Shown here: positions 1-8,489 of the stretch, piece after piece
Position numbering within the stretch: the first letter of the stretch is position 1
Layout: each line of letters opens with the position of its first letter
Made by a program: the position numbers and the translations under genes
Notes under the pieces: model-generated
What the model saw: the letters and a program-made list of their open reading frames with translations, nothing else
The model's database searches: none
Told to the model about the DNA's origin: nothing
DNA from: an uncultured delta proteobacterium
GTDB taxonomy: Bacteria > Myxococcota_A > Polyangia > Polyangiales > JAFGIB01
Direction: 5' to 3'
DNA length: 64,000 nucleotides
NCBI GenBank assembly: GCA_963778655.1
Contig: CAVZVA010000003.1
Coordinates: 352,001-416,000, forward strand

Positions 1-259
1 CTGCGTCGCGGCGGCCGTCGCTGGCGCGCAGGCGAGCCATCCGAGGCCTCGTGACAGCCACCCTGGCGCACGCCGATGCCACTCCGACGGCGCGTACCTC
101 GGGCGGATCCCCCGGGGGCGCTGGTCCTTCTGGAAGGGGCGCCGTGACCCGTCCCCGGCGAGCTGGCTTGCACGGCGCTTGCCTCGCGGTTTGGGGGGAA
201 TGGAGGGGGGAACGAGATCGTCGACGCGTGCGGCGGTCAGCGATTCTTGAATCGTTTCC

Positions 260-304
260 GGTGGGTCATCTCGGATTCGAACCGAGGGCCAATGGATTAA
301 GAAT
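260..304 (-). repeat. att site: duplicate of tRNA-Lys 3' half
   Basis: GGTGGGTCATCTCGGATTCGAACCGAGGGCCAATGGATTAAGAAT is identical to 17692-17736; identity ends just beyond the anticodon loop. Confidence 0.97.
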
Positions 305-391
305 GCTGGCCGAGGGGCGGGTGTGGGCGATTTTCGGCGCAGTTCGGGCGATTCGTCGTCCAAAGCGCGAAGAAAGTCCGCCAAACGGGCC

Positions 392-414
392 TGTTGGACA
401 ATGTGTTGGACAAT
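392..414 (+). promoter_or_regulatory. Putative integrase arm-type sites (left pair)
   Basis: TGTTGGACAAT at 392-402 and 404-414; exact reverse complements at 17596-17606 and 17618-17628. Confidence 0.75.
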
Positions 415-586
415 CCCGAGCGGCCCAAAACGGAACCACGGAAGACGCCCCTTCTTGCGAGCGGTCCGCCAGGCGTACACGCGCGCTCGATGCCAACGTG
501 CACGAGACAGCCGCCCCGGTCATGCCGCGCCCCGCTTCCAAACAAATGCGCGGCGCCGCCGGGCGAACCGGACTCCACGGGGCCGC

Positions 587-3559
587 CTATTTGTTTGGTT
601 GGCCCAGCAGGCCGAGCAGAGCGGCGAGTGCAGCGCGAGCGCCTTTCGAGTAGGCGTGATCGGACCCTAGAGCCGCTTCGAACACCGCAAGGGCGGCTCG
701 GTACGCCGCCACGGCTTGCTCCAAGCGCGCCGTCCCGCTCTCGCGCTCCCCGAGGGTGCTGAGCGCGGTGCCGAGGTTGTTTTGGGTCATGGCCCATTGC
801 AGCGGCACGCGCTCCCGCGTGCATTCCTCCAGAGCGGCTCGATACGCCGCCACGGCTTGCTCCAAGCGCGCCGTCCCGCTCTCGCGCTCCCCGAGGGTCC
901 AGAGCGCGGTGCCGAGGTTGTTTTGGGTCGTCGCCCATTGCAGCGGCACGCGCTCCCGCGTGTATTCCTCCAGAGCGGCTCGGTACGCCGTCACAGCTTG
1001 CTCCAAGCGCGCCGTCCCGCTCTCGCGCTGCCCGAGGGTCCGGAGCGCGGTGCCGAGGTTGTTTTGGGTCATGGCCCATTGCAGCGGCACGCGCTCCCGC
1101 GTGCATTCCTCCAGAGCGGCTCGATACGCCGCCACGGCTTGCTCCAAGCGCGCCGTCCCGCTCTCGCGCTCCCCGAGGGTCCAGAGCGCGGTGCCGAGGT
1201 TGTTTTGGGTCGTCGCCCATTGCAGCGGCACGCGCTCCCGCGTGTATTCCTCCAGAGCGGCTCGGTACGCCGTCACAGCTTGCTCCAAGCGCGCCGTCCC
1301 GCTCTCGCGCTCCCCGAGGGTCCGGAGCGCGTTGCCGAGGTTGTTTTGGGTCATGGCCCATTGCAGCGGCACGCGCTCCCGCGTGTATTCCTCCAGAGCG
1401 GCTCGATACGCAGCCACGGCTTGCTCCAAGCGCGCCGTCCCGCTCTCGCGCTCCCCGAGGGTCCGGAGCGCGTTGCCGAGGTTGTTTTGGGTCATGGCCC
1501 ATTGCAGCGGCACGCGCTCCCGCGTGCATTCCTCCAGAGCGGCTCGATACGCAGCCACGGCTTGCTCCAAGCGCGCCGTCCCGCTCTCGCGCTCCCCGAG
1601 GGTCCGGAGCGCGTTGCCGAGGTTGTTTTGGGTCATGGCCCATTGCAGCGGCACGCGCTCCCGCGTGTATTCCTCCAGAGCGGCTCGGTACGCCGCCACG
1701 GCTTGCTCCAAGCGCGCCGTCCCGCTCTCGCGCTCCCCGAGGGTCCGGAGCGCGTTGCCGAGGTTGTTTTGGGTCATGGCCCATTGCAGCGGCACGCGCT
1801 CCCGCGTGCATTCCTCCAGAGCGGCTCGATACGCCGCCACGGCTTGCTCCAAGCGCGCCGTCCCGCTCTCGCGCTCCCCGAGGGTGCTGAGCGCGTTGCC
1901 GAGGTTGTTTTGGGTCATGGCCCATTGCAGCGGCACGCGCTCCCGCGTGTATTCGAGCACCAGCTCTCGCAACGCCGCGATCTCTCTGACGAGCGCATCG
2001 TTGTCGCCGAGTTCGTCGCCTTGTCGATGCAGGCTGTTCGCGTACGCGATAGCCAACTCGAAGCGTGCTTCCGCGTCGAAGCGGACCAACTCCACGGCCT
2101 GCGCATACTTGTCAGCCGCGTCCAGATAACGCAGCTCGAGGACGTCCACCTTGGCTTCGTCTCCGAGCAAAGTCGCTTCCTCGCGCGATCGATCCTCCCG
2201 CTGCGCGCGCACGCGCGCGCGCACTTCGCGCAGCAGCGCCCGCGCGCCTTCCAGGTCACCGTCGCGCTCGAGCAGCGCCAGCGCGTGGGCGCGCACCTGC
2301 TCGACCTCGGGTAGCGCAACGCTCTGCCATTGCGCGCGAAGGGCGACCAACTCGTCGGCCGCTCGCTCCAGCCTTTCGGGGATTCGCTCGACCGGGACGT
2401 TCAATTCGCCGAGACGTCGCAAGATCTGTTGCAGTGGGGGAACAGCGACACCCTTTTCGGCGGCGAGCGCCGCGAGCTGCTCTTGAATGCCGTGCAGCAG
2501 TTCGATGCTCTCGCCTTGCCGCTGCTCGATGCGAGTCGTTGCTGCAGCGATCTGCCTCAGCAACAGCCCGTCACGCTCCGCGCGGGTGCGCTGAGCAATC
2601 AGCTCGTCCAAGAGCTCACGCCTGTGCTCCGCAAGCGCGCGCATCGCAAGCGTGTGCAAGCGTTCGCCTTGCTCGCACACCTCCTCGCCCCAGCACGCCA
2701 GGTTTCTGGTGATCATGCGCACGAGATCGTCCGCCTCGAGGCCGCCGGGGCCGCCGTCCACGGCTTGGAGGCGCTGGTTGATCTGCAGCAGCAGCTGGCT
2801 CGTGACCACGAACTGCGCGCGCTGATCTTGCTTCAGCTCCTCGGCGAAAAACGCAGCGAACGCGCCGAACCACGTCACGTTGCCGTTCGCGGGGCGCTCA
2901 ATCGCCTGCTGTGAACGACTCACCGTTCGCGCCGCTTCACCCCGGCGTTTGGTAAAGATCTTCGAAACCTTCGCGGCCACGCTGTCTGGAATCTCAACGT
3001 GGCGCCATCCATGCTCGAGAACCTGCGCGAACGGGCTCGGCAGGGCCGGCTCGGACCAGCCATGCGCCCGGGCCTCCCGCTGGTGCCACGCAGCCAGCTC
3101 CGCCAGCACCTCACGGACGGCTAGCTCATGCAAGGCGCCCTCCAGGTCGAGCGCCGCGTCCATCAGGCCGAGCAGACTCTCGGCCTCGGTCCCAAGCGCG
3201 CTCGGCGGTGGCCAATAGCTCGCGTCCAAGGTCTGCTGCACTTCTTCGAAGCGTGAAGCCGCCAGGTGATCGGCCCAACGCACTTCCCAACGGGATACGG
3301 CGTCCACTTCGTCCCGCCGCGCGTGCCCGAATTGGCGCGCGGCAACGTAGGTCGCCAGCAGGCTCGCTCGACGGCACGCCCGAAGTACATCATGGTTCGC
3401 GGCGATCTCGCCGCCCTCCATGCGGGTGAGCAACGAGCGAACGCCCAGCTTCGTGACGTCGTGCGCGACGTTGCCGAGGACACCCGTGGCGACGTCCTGT
3501 GCCAGCCGGCACGCGGCGCCCAACCCCAGCCCGAACAACGTCAGCTCAACCGCGGGCAC
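587..3559 (-). CDS. Large TPR-repeat protein with helical/coiled-coil N-terminus
   Basis: ORF 587..3616, GTG at 3559 chosen as likely start (uncertain); nine 47-aa repeats (Y/C)TRERVPLQWAMTQNNLGNALRTLGERESGTARLEQAVAAYRAALEE. Confidence 0.88.
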   Translation of the reverse strand: MPAVELTLFGLGLGAACRLAQDVATGVLGNVAHDVTKLGVRSLLTRMEGGEIAANHDVLRACRRASLLATYVAARQFGHARRDEVDAVSRWEVRWADHLAASRFEEVQQTLDASYWPPPSALGTEAESLLGLMDAALDLEGALHELAVREVLAELAAWHQREARAHGWSEPALPSPFAQVLEHGWRHVEIPDSVAAKVSKIFTKRRGEAARTVSRSQQAIERPANGNVTWFGAFAAFFAEELKQDQRAQFVVTSQLLLQINQRLQAVDGGPGGLEADDLVRMITRNLACWGEEVCEQGERLHTLAMRALAEHRRELLDELIAQRTRAERDGLLLRQIAAATTRIEQRQGESIELLHGIQEQLAALAAEKGVAVPPLQQILRRLGELNVPVERIPERLERAADELVALRAQWQSVALPEVEQVRAHALALLERDGDLEGARALLREVRARVRAQREDRSREEATLLGDEAKVDVLELRYLDAADKYAQAVELVRFDAEARFELAIAYANSLHRQGDELGDNDALVREIAALRELVLEYTRERVPLQWAMTQNNLGNALSTLGERESGTARLEQAVAAYRAALEECTRERVPLQWAMTQNNLGNALRTLGERESGTARLEQAVAAYRAALEEYTRERVPLQWAMTQNNLGNALRTLGERESGTARLEQAVAAYRAALEECTRERVPLQWAMTQNNLGNALRTLGERESGTARLEQAVAAYRAALEEYTRERVPLQWAMTQNNLGNALRTLGERESGTARLEQAVTAYRAALEEYTRERVPLQWATTQNNLGTALWTLGERESGTARLEQAVAAYRAALEECTRERVPLQWAMTQNNLGTALRTLGQRESGTARLEQAVTAYRAALEEYTRERVPLQWATTQNNLGTALWTLGERESGTARLEQAVAAYRAALEECTRERVPLQWAMTQNNLGTALSTLGERESGTARLEQAVAAYRAALAVFEAALGSDHAYSKGARAALAALLGLLGQPNK
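690..1954. repeat. 141-bp tandem repeat x9 (coding TPR units)
   Basis: Near-identical units with period 141 nt (e.g. 821 vs 962). Confidence 0.97.
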
Positions 3560-3722
3560 TTCCGTGCACCCCCTTGGGAGAGTGTCCACGTAGCAGATGG
3601 CACAGCCCTCGGTCAATCGGCCCCGTCACCGCGGCATCGCCAATGGACCCACACACGCTGCCGGTGCGCGCTTCGCGCGGTGCCGCATCAGCTATGCGGC
3701 CCACACGCAGTGGACGCTGCGT

Positions 3723-4982
3723 CTAGTCGCGACGAAAGTCCGCCAGTCGGACCACGTTCGCTACGTCGTCCGAGAGCCCCGGGATCGCCTTGGACAGATC
3801 CGGGAAGGGTTCGTACTTCAGGTCTGCCAGCGTGCGCGCGCCGCGGTCGTACCGTTCCATCATGGCAGGCGTGAGGTGCCCGGTGCGGTCGCTGATCCAA
3901 CCCCACCCGTGCCCTGCGCGCCGGGCCCAGGTGACGAATGTCGCGCGCGCGTCGTGGAAGCGGAGGCGCTCGACATTCGCGGCCTTCGAAAACAGCACTG
4001 CACGGGTGACACTGGCCGCCTTGAGGTCGGCGCGCAGGGTCTCTGCCTCCCTGCCCTCCCCGCATTCGAGGTCGCGGACCACGGGCGTGCCGGCTTCCGG
4101 ATTGCCGCAGTGCTCGCGCCAGCGTTCGAGCACGCACACGAGGTCGGGCGAGATCTCGAAGAGCTGCGGCAGGCCGGTCTTGCTCGTGAGGGACGTCAGC
4201 GTGCCGTGCTGGAAGTCGACATCGGTCCACGTGAGCGCCGCGAGCGATGCCTTCCGCAGGCCCGTGTAGACGGCCAACACGTAGTGCACGCGGCGGCCGA
4301 GCGGGATCTCGGTGCAGGCGAGCAACGCGAGCAGCTCGACCGGGTAGAGGAACCCGTAGAGCTTCGGCTTGTCCTTGCGGGGTTTCAGGTCCTTGCTGAC
4401 GGGGTTGTCCGTACGTAGGCGGCCCGGTTTGATCGCGAGATCGAACAGCCGGTGCATGACCTGGTAGACCTGGAACTTGCTCGCCTGTCGCCAAGGGCGC
4501 CCGAGCTTCTTCTCGGCCGACTGCGCGGCGCGCGCGAGCGCGCGTTCGACGTCGACCTCGGTCACGTCCGCCACGGGCGTGTTGCCGATGTACGGGTACA
4601 CGTGCGCCTTGAGGCGTGTCTCGTCCGACGTCGCGGTCTTCTTGTCTTTCAGTCCGCGAACCTCACCGTGGTCCCTGTAGAGCTTGCCGGAGGTCCATAG
4701 CTGACCGAAGTCCGTGACGGTGGTTCGAGGCGGGAGCTTGGCTTGCACGCGCTCGTACGCATCCGAGCGCATGACCCCGGAGAGCTCGGCCGCGAGCTCG
4801 AGCGCCAGCGGACGATCTTCCTGGCGGCGCGACAGAGGTCGGCACTCCGGTGGTGGTGTGAAGAGCTTGACGCGCTGGCGCCCCTCGTCCGGAATGCTCA
4901 CGCGGGCGTGCCAGCACCCGCGATCGCCGCGCCCGACCCACTCGACCGTGCCCTTGCCGTGACGGTTCTCTGCACCTGCCAT
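3723..4982 (-). CDS. int: Tyrosine recombinase / integrase
   Basis: TGLR, TSKTG, FHDAR, TGH and ERYD give the full R-K-H-R-H-Y set; N-terminal arm-binding-like region; AGGTGAGG RBS. Confidence 0.93.
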   Translation of the reverse strand: MAGAENRHGKGTVEWVGRGDRGCWHARVSIPDEGRQRVKLFTPPPECRPLSRRQEDRPLALELAAELSGVMRSDAYERVQAKLPPRTTVTDFGQLWTSGKLYRDHGEVRGLKDKKTATSDETRLKAHVYPYIGNTPVADVTEVDVERALARAAQSAEKKLGRPWRQASKFQVYQVMHRLFDLAIKPGRLRTDNPVSKDLKPRKDKPKLYGFLYPVELLALLACTEIPLGRRVHYVLAVYTGLRKASLAALTWTDVDFQHGTLTSLTSKTGLPQLFEISPDLVCVLERWREHCGNPEAGTPVVRDLECGEGREAETLRADLKAASVTRAVLFSKAANVERLRFHDARATFVTWARRAGHGWGWISDRTGHLTPAMMERYDRGARTLADLKYEPFPDLSKAIPGLSDDVANVVRLADFRRD

Positions 4983-5051
4983 TGCCTCACCTCAGCCTCA
5001 CCTACCAGCGGTGTTGCACAGACTTGAGTCTGCTTGCGCACCTACGCAGTG

Positions 5052-5414
5052 TCATGACTTCGTGCCGTTGTTGCGGACGTAGCCCGCACGGTCGAGCAGA
5101 TGCGCGATGCGGCTTGGCGCAGAGGCCGGTACCGGGACCTCCGCAGGGTCCGCGGACCGGGCCTCGATCCGCTTTGCGGTCAGCCATCGGTCCAGCTCGC
5201 GGGCGCGGACCAGGACCTGGCGACCCACTCGCGACGCCTCCAACTCGCCCCGCCGCGCCGCTTCGAGCACGTTGCGCCAGGGAACAGGGCAGTGCTGCGA
5301 GTCGCGGATGTCGACCCACCGCTCGGGGTCCTGTCCCTCTGCTCGCACGTCAAGCACCCGCACCAGCAGCTCTCGGAGCGAGACGTCGAGCGGATCGTGG
5401 CTCTTGATCGTCAT
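5052..5414 (-). CDS. Excisionase-like winged-helix DNA-binding protein
   Basis: ARRGELEASRVGRQVLVRARELDRWL resembles the Xis/HTH_17 wing; directly upstream of int on the same strand. Confidence 0.72.
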   Translation of the reverse strand: MTIKSHDPLDVSLRELLVRVLDVRAEGQDPERWVDIRDSQHCPVPWRNVLEAARRGELEASRVGRQVLVRARELDRWLTAKRIEARSADPAEVPVPASAPSRIAHLLDRAGYVRNNGTKS

Positions 5415-5549
5415 GACGTTCGATCGGGTTGGAGGATCGTTCGGCTGGTAGGCGACGTGCGCCGGCCCGTCGAGCGCGCTCGAACAGCCGCGGTGCTACG
5501 CGCGTTTGGTCGCCACATCCTCGTACTCGTCGCGCGCAGCATCAGGTCA

Positions 5550-5582
5550 GTTATGCTGTAGACTTCGTCTATAATCAAGTGC
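5550..5582. promoter_or_regulatory. Overlapping divergent sigma70-like promoters with palindrome
   Basis: TATAAT 5570-5575 (+); TTGATT-17nt-CATAAC (-); TAGAC-ttc-GTCTA 5559-5571; AT-rich patch between divergent genes. Confidence 0.5.
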
Positions 5583-5593
5583 AATATCGTGCC

Positions 5594-6256
5594 ATGGCGT
5601 TGCCCGAAGGCAGACGAGCCCGCGTTCAGATCGACCCAGGCGATGAAAAACATCTGCTGCGTGCATTGGAACGCTGGGCAGCGACGGACGACATCGTCGC
5701 CGTCCGCACCCGAGCGTTCGTGCTCCTGCTCTGGGACGGCGCGGTCCGTACCCGTGTCGCGCTTGCGCTGAACATCGAAGAGGTCGTCAAGAATCCGTCC
5801 GCAAAGCGCATCACGGTCCTTCGGGCCGTCGAGCAGCGGCCGTGCGAGGCGAACCGCTATAGGGGGCGGAGGTTCGTGATGAGCGAGCGCACGCGTCACG
5901 CCATCGCGGACTATCTGGGCGTAGCTCGTGAGGACGGGTGGCTTCCTGGCAAGCGGCTGCGTGGGCCGTTGTTCGTCGCGTCGGTGCACCGCGGCACTGG
6001 CCAGCGACTCAGCCCCCGCAGCGCGATCTACTGTTGGGAGATGTTTCAGAAGACGCACGTGCCGGATTGCTCGCGCCTGTACGAGCTCGACGATGTGGTC
6101 TACACAGGCCGCATGGCCTACCTCGCGGCAGCAGGCGGTGACAGCGAGTCGCTGTCGGATCACTCTGGGATCTCGCGGCAATGGGCTGCCGCGCACAAGC
6201 AAGAGGCCACCGTCCTTCCCGAAGACGTGATGGCCAGGCTGGATAAGAGTCGGTAG
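5594..6256 (+). CDS. Tyrosine-recombinase-fold protein, catalytic residues degenerate
   Basis: Box I-like RTRAFVLLLWDGAVR..ALALNIEEV, GPLFV and LSPRS present; HxxR reads DDVV and no C-terminal Tyr follows. Confidence 0.7.
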   Translation: MALPEGRRARVQIDPGDEKHLLRALERWAATDDIVAVRTRAFVLLLWDGAVRTRVALALNIEEVVKNPSAKRITVLRAVEQRPCEANRYRGRRFVMSERTRHAIADYLGVAREDGWLPGKRLRGPLFVASVHRGTGQRLSPRSAIYCWEMFQKTHVPDCSRLYELDDVVYTGRMAYLAAAGGDSESLSDHSGISRQWAAAHKQEATVLPEDVMARLDKSR

Positions 6257-6264
6257 CCGCACGC

Positions 6265-6909
6265 TCACCTCGGCTCGATGCGCCAGCCGTACAGGCCCTT
6301 TGCCGACCGGGCCGGAAAGCATGCGCCGTCTTTGACGTACCAGCCCGGCGCTGCGCACTGGGCGATCTGGAGAATGCTGCCGGCCTGCGCTAGCCGGTAG
6401 GCCGCTCTGCCTTCGGGCGAGGCCCCCCAGGCTGCCGCTGCTTTCTCGTCCCGTGCGACCTGGTATCCGGAGACGTAGCCAAGACCGTACCCGGCGTCCA
6501 CTCCCTTGGTGTGCATCAGCCAGCCGAGCCCGCCGAGGCTCAGCGCGCAGGCCACCACAGTCGACAAGAGCCACTGCAGCTTCTGCCTGGCCTCGACATG
6601 CTCGGCTACGTCGCGAGCGGCGACGCTGACGGCCACGGCCAGCTCGCGCCGCGCCTCTGCGGCGACCGCGTTGGCGGAGGTCTCCGCGGCCCGCTGAAAG
6701 CTCCGCAGCGTCTCGGTCGCAGCAGCCTCGATTCGCGCCGGCACCTGCTCGTACTGGGCTTGGTAGTGCTGCAGCGCCATGAGTACGAGCCACAGGGCGT
6801 CGTTCGTCTTGAGCCCGAGGGCATCCCGGACGCGGTACAGGTCCTGCCGCTGCTTGTCGCTCGGCTGCTTGCCGAGCAGCTTCGCGAAGCTGTGCTCGAG
6901 GTCGCTCAT
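6265..6909 (-). CDS. mobE: MobE-like mobilization protein (TraM analogue)
   Basis: LYRVRDALGLKTNDALW motif, TM segment, third gene of the mobCDE operon. Confidence 0.75.
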   Translation of the reverse strand: MSDLEHSFAKLLGKQPSDKQRQDLYRVRDALGLKTNDALWLVLMALQHYQAQYEQVPARIEAAATETLRSFQRAAETSANAVAAEARRELAVAVSVAARDVAEHVEARQKLQWLLSTVVACALSLGGLGWLMHTKGVDAGYGLGYVSGYQVARDEKAAAAWGASPEGRAAYRLAQAGSILQIAQCAAPGWYVKDGACFPARSAKGLYGWRIEPR

Positions 6910-7586
6910 ACCGTGACCGCCGACAGCATGCGGGTCACCTCGACCTTCCAGCGCGAGAGCTCGGCCCGGTTGCCGAGCGGCAGCTCCTTGGCGGCCCGCG
7001 CGATGCTCAGACGCTTGCTGTAGATGTCGTCGGCCACGCGGTCGGCCAGGTCTGGAAACGTGAGCGACCTGCCACCCTTGGCTTCGACCGCTTGTCTGAG
7101 CTTGGAGCCGTTGTATAGCTGGAACTTCGTCTCCTCACCAAAGTGCGCGTTGCGCACCACGTGCACTTCGGCGTTGGGAATGGCGGCCATGAATTCCTTG
7201 AGCAGCTCGAGGCTGTCGCGCTGGCAATTGATCACCCAGAGCGTGACTAGCGCGCGCTTGAGGTCTCCGAGCGTGTTGCTCAGCGTTTGACCGTAGGCGC
7301 TCACCCCGCGGTTGTTGCGTGCTGCCGTGTTCACCACCGCGACGCTCTGTGGCGCGGCATCGCAGAGGTTGACGAGCTCGATCCACCCATCGGCCTCGTC
7401 GAGGTTGAGCAGGTGGGCATCGACGGTGTCCTTGTACGCCTTCCACACGTCTGGGTTGCTCGTGTCCGACTCGACGAACAGGACGCTCTCGCCCCGATCG
7501 ACCAAGTGGTCGAGCAGCGCCATCGTCACGAGCGACTTGCCCACACCGCCCTTGCTTCCGCCTATGAAATAGATCTGCTTGTCCAT
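6906..7586 (-). CDS. mobD: MobD-like P-loop ATPase (TraL analogue)
   Basis: GGSKGGVGKS deviant Walker A, ESDTSNPDV; ATGA overlap with mobE. Confidence 0.85.
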   Translation of the reverse strand: MDKQIYFIGGSKGGVGKSLVTMALLDHLVDRGESVLFVESDTSNPDVWKAYKDTVDAHLLNLDEADGWIELVNLCDAAPQSVAVVNTAARNNRGVSAYGQTLSNTLGDLKRALVTLWVINCQRDSLELLKEFMAAIPNAEVHVVRNAHFGEETKFQLYNGSKLRQAVEAKGGRSLTFPDLADRVADDIYSKRLSIARAAKELPLGNRAELSRWKVEVTRMLSAVTV

Positions 7587-7598
7587 GGCTCACCCCGT

Positions 7599-7946
7599 CT
7601 AGATGTCGTCGCTATCCGGTGCTGGCTCGAACGCTGCCGAGCTGCTCACCGGGTGCTTCCTGTCCGCTCTCCGAGCGTTGACCACTGTGCTTCCCGCCGG
7701 CTTCTGCGCGCGCTGCCTGCCGCGATGAAGGTAGTTCTTCAGCGTTGGTGTCGAGATAGGCAGGCCGGACGACGTCAGCGCTTCCGCCACCTGTTCCAGC
7801 GTGTAGCCGCGCTTCTTGAGGTCGGCAATCTCGCGGGTGAGGGCTGCGACAGCGGCGCGCTTGCTGTGCTGCTTCACGCCATCCCTATCCGGCAGTCCGC
7901 GTAGCCGTCTGGCGACGTCCGAGACCTCCTCCTTCGTGAACTTCAC
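7599..7946 (-). CDS. mobC: MobC-like oriT-binding protein (TraK analogue)
   Basis: GTG start with AAGGAGG RBS; KRGYTLEQVAEAL..ISTPTLKNYL HTH; divergent from mobB across oriT. Confidence 0.8.
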   Translation of the reverse strand: MKFTKEEVSDVARRLRGLPDRDGVKQHSKRAAVAALTREIADLKKRGYTLEQVAEALTSSGLPISTPTLKNYLHRGRQRAQKPAGSTVVNARRADRKHPVSSSAAFEPAPDSDDI

Positions 7947-8074
7947 CGGCAACCCTCCTTGGGCGAACGCGAACATTTGGACGTGTCTACTGGAACGCAC
8001 GAGACCCATCGTGTCCTAGATTCGAATCGAGTGCAAGATAACGACGCCTGTGCTATCGAAGACGTCAGCAAACA

Positions 8075-8126
8075 GCAAGACAGGATGGCCTTTGTCACAC
8101 ACATGCCTGCGGCACGCGCGTGACAA
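8075..8126 (-). promoter_or_regulatory. oriT: oriT with MOB_P nic site
   Basis: Minus strand GGCCATCCTG^TCTTGC fits the YATCCTG^Y nic consensus (nick between 8081/8080), preceded by a 16-bp inverted repeat 8092-8107/8111-8126. Confidence 0.85.
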
Positions 8127-8168
8127 GGGGCGGCGCAATGCTCGGCGCTTCGCTTCTCGCATTCTCAG

Positions 8169-8489
8169 ATGCCGTTTGAACGCCACGGAGAAGAGCCTCT
8201 CGATGCCGTCGTCAACGTGCGTTTGACGGCCGCGGAGAAGGCGCGCCTTTGCGAGGACGCATTGGCGGCCGGGCTCACGATCTCGGCCCTGTCGAGGCGG
8301 CGCATGCTTGGCCGCCGGGTCGTTGCGAACGTCGATGCCGTCACGATCCGCGAGCTGCGGCGCTTGGGAGGCCTGCTCAAGCTCGTGCACGTCGAGAGCG
8401 GCGGCGCGTACAGCGATCGGACCGACGAGGCCCTGCGAGCGGTCAAGGCCGCGATCGAGGCGCTCAGCGGGGTCGGCCGTGATCGGTAA
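8169..8489 (+). CDS. mobB: MobB-like ribbon-helix-helix relaxosome protein (TraJ analogue)
   Basis: VVNVRLTAAEK..AAGLTISALSRRR RHH, ELRRLGGLLK; overlaps relaxase start. Confidence 0.85.
   Translation: MPFERHGEEPLDAVVNVRLTAAEKARLCEDALAAGLTISALSRRRMLGRRVVANVDAVTIRELRRLGGLLKLVHVESGGAYSDRTDEALRAVKAAIEALSGVGRDR

Noticed and set aside
260..304. Second tRNA gene
   Set aside because: Only the 3' 45 nt; D-arm and 5' acceptor strand are absent, so it is the att duplicate
690..1954. DGR template/variable repeats or CRISPR
   Set aside because: In-frame coding tandem; differences are not adenine-restricted; no reverse transcriptase in the window
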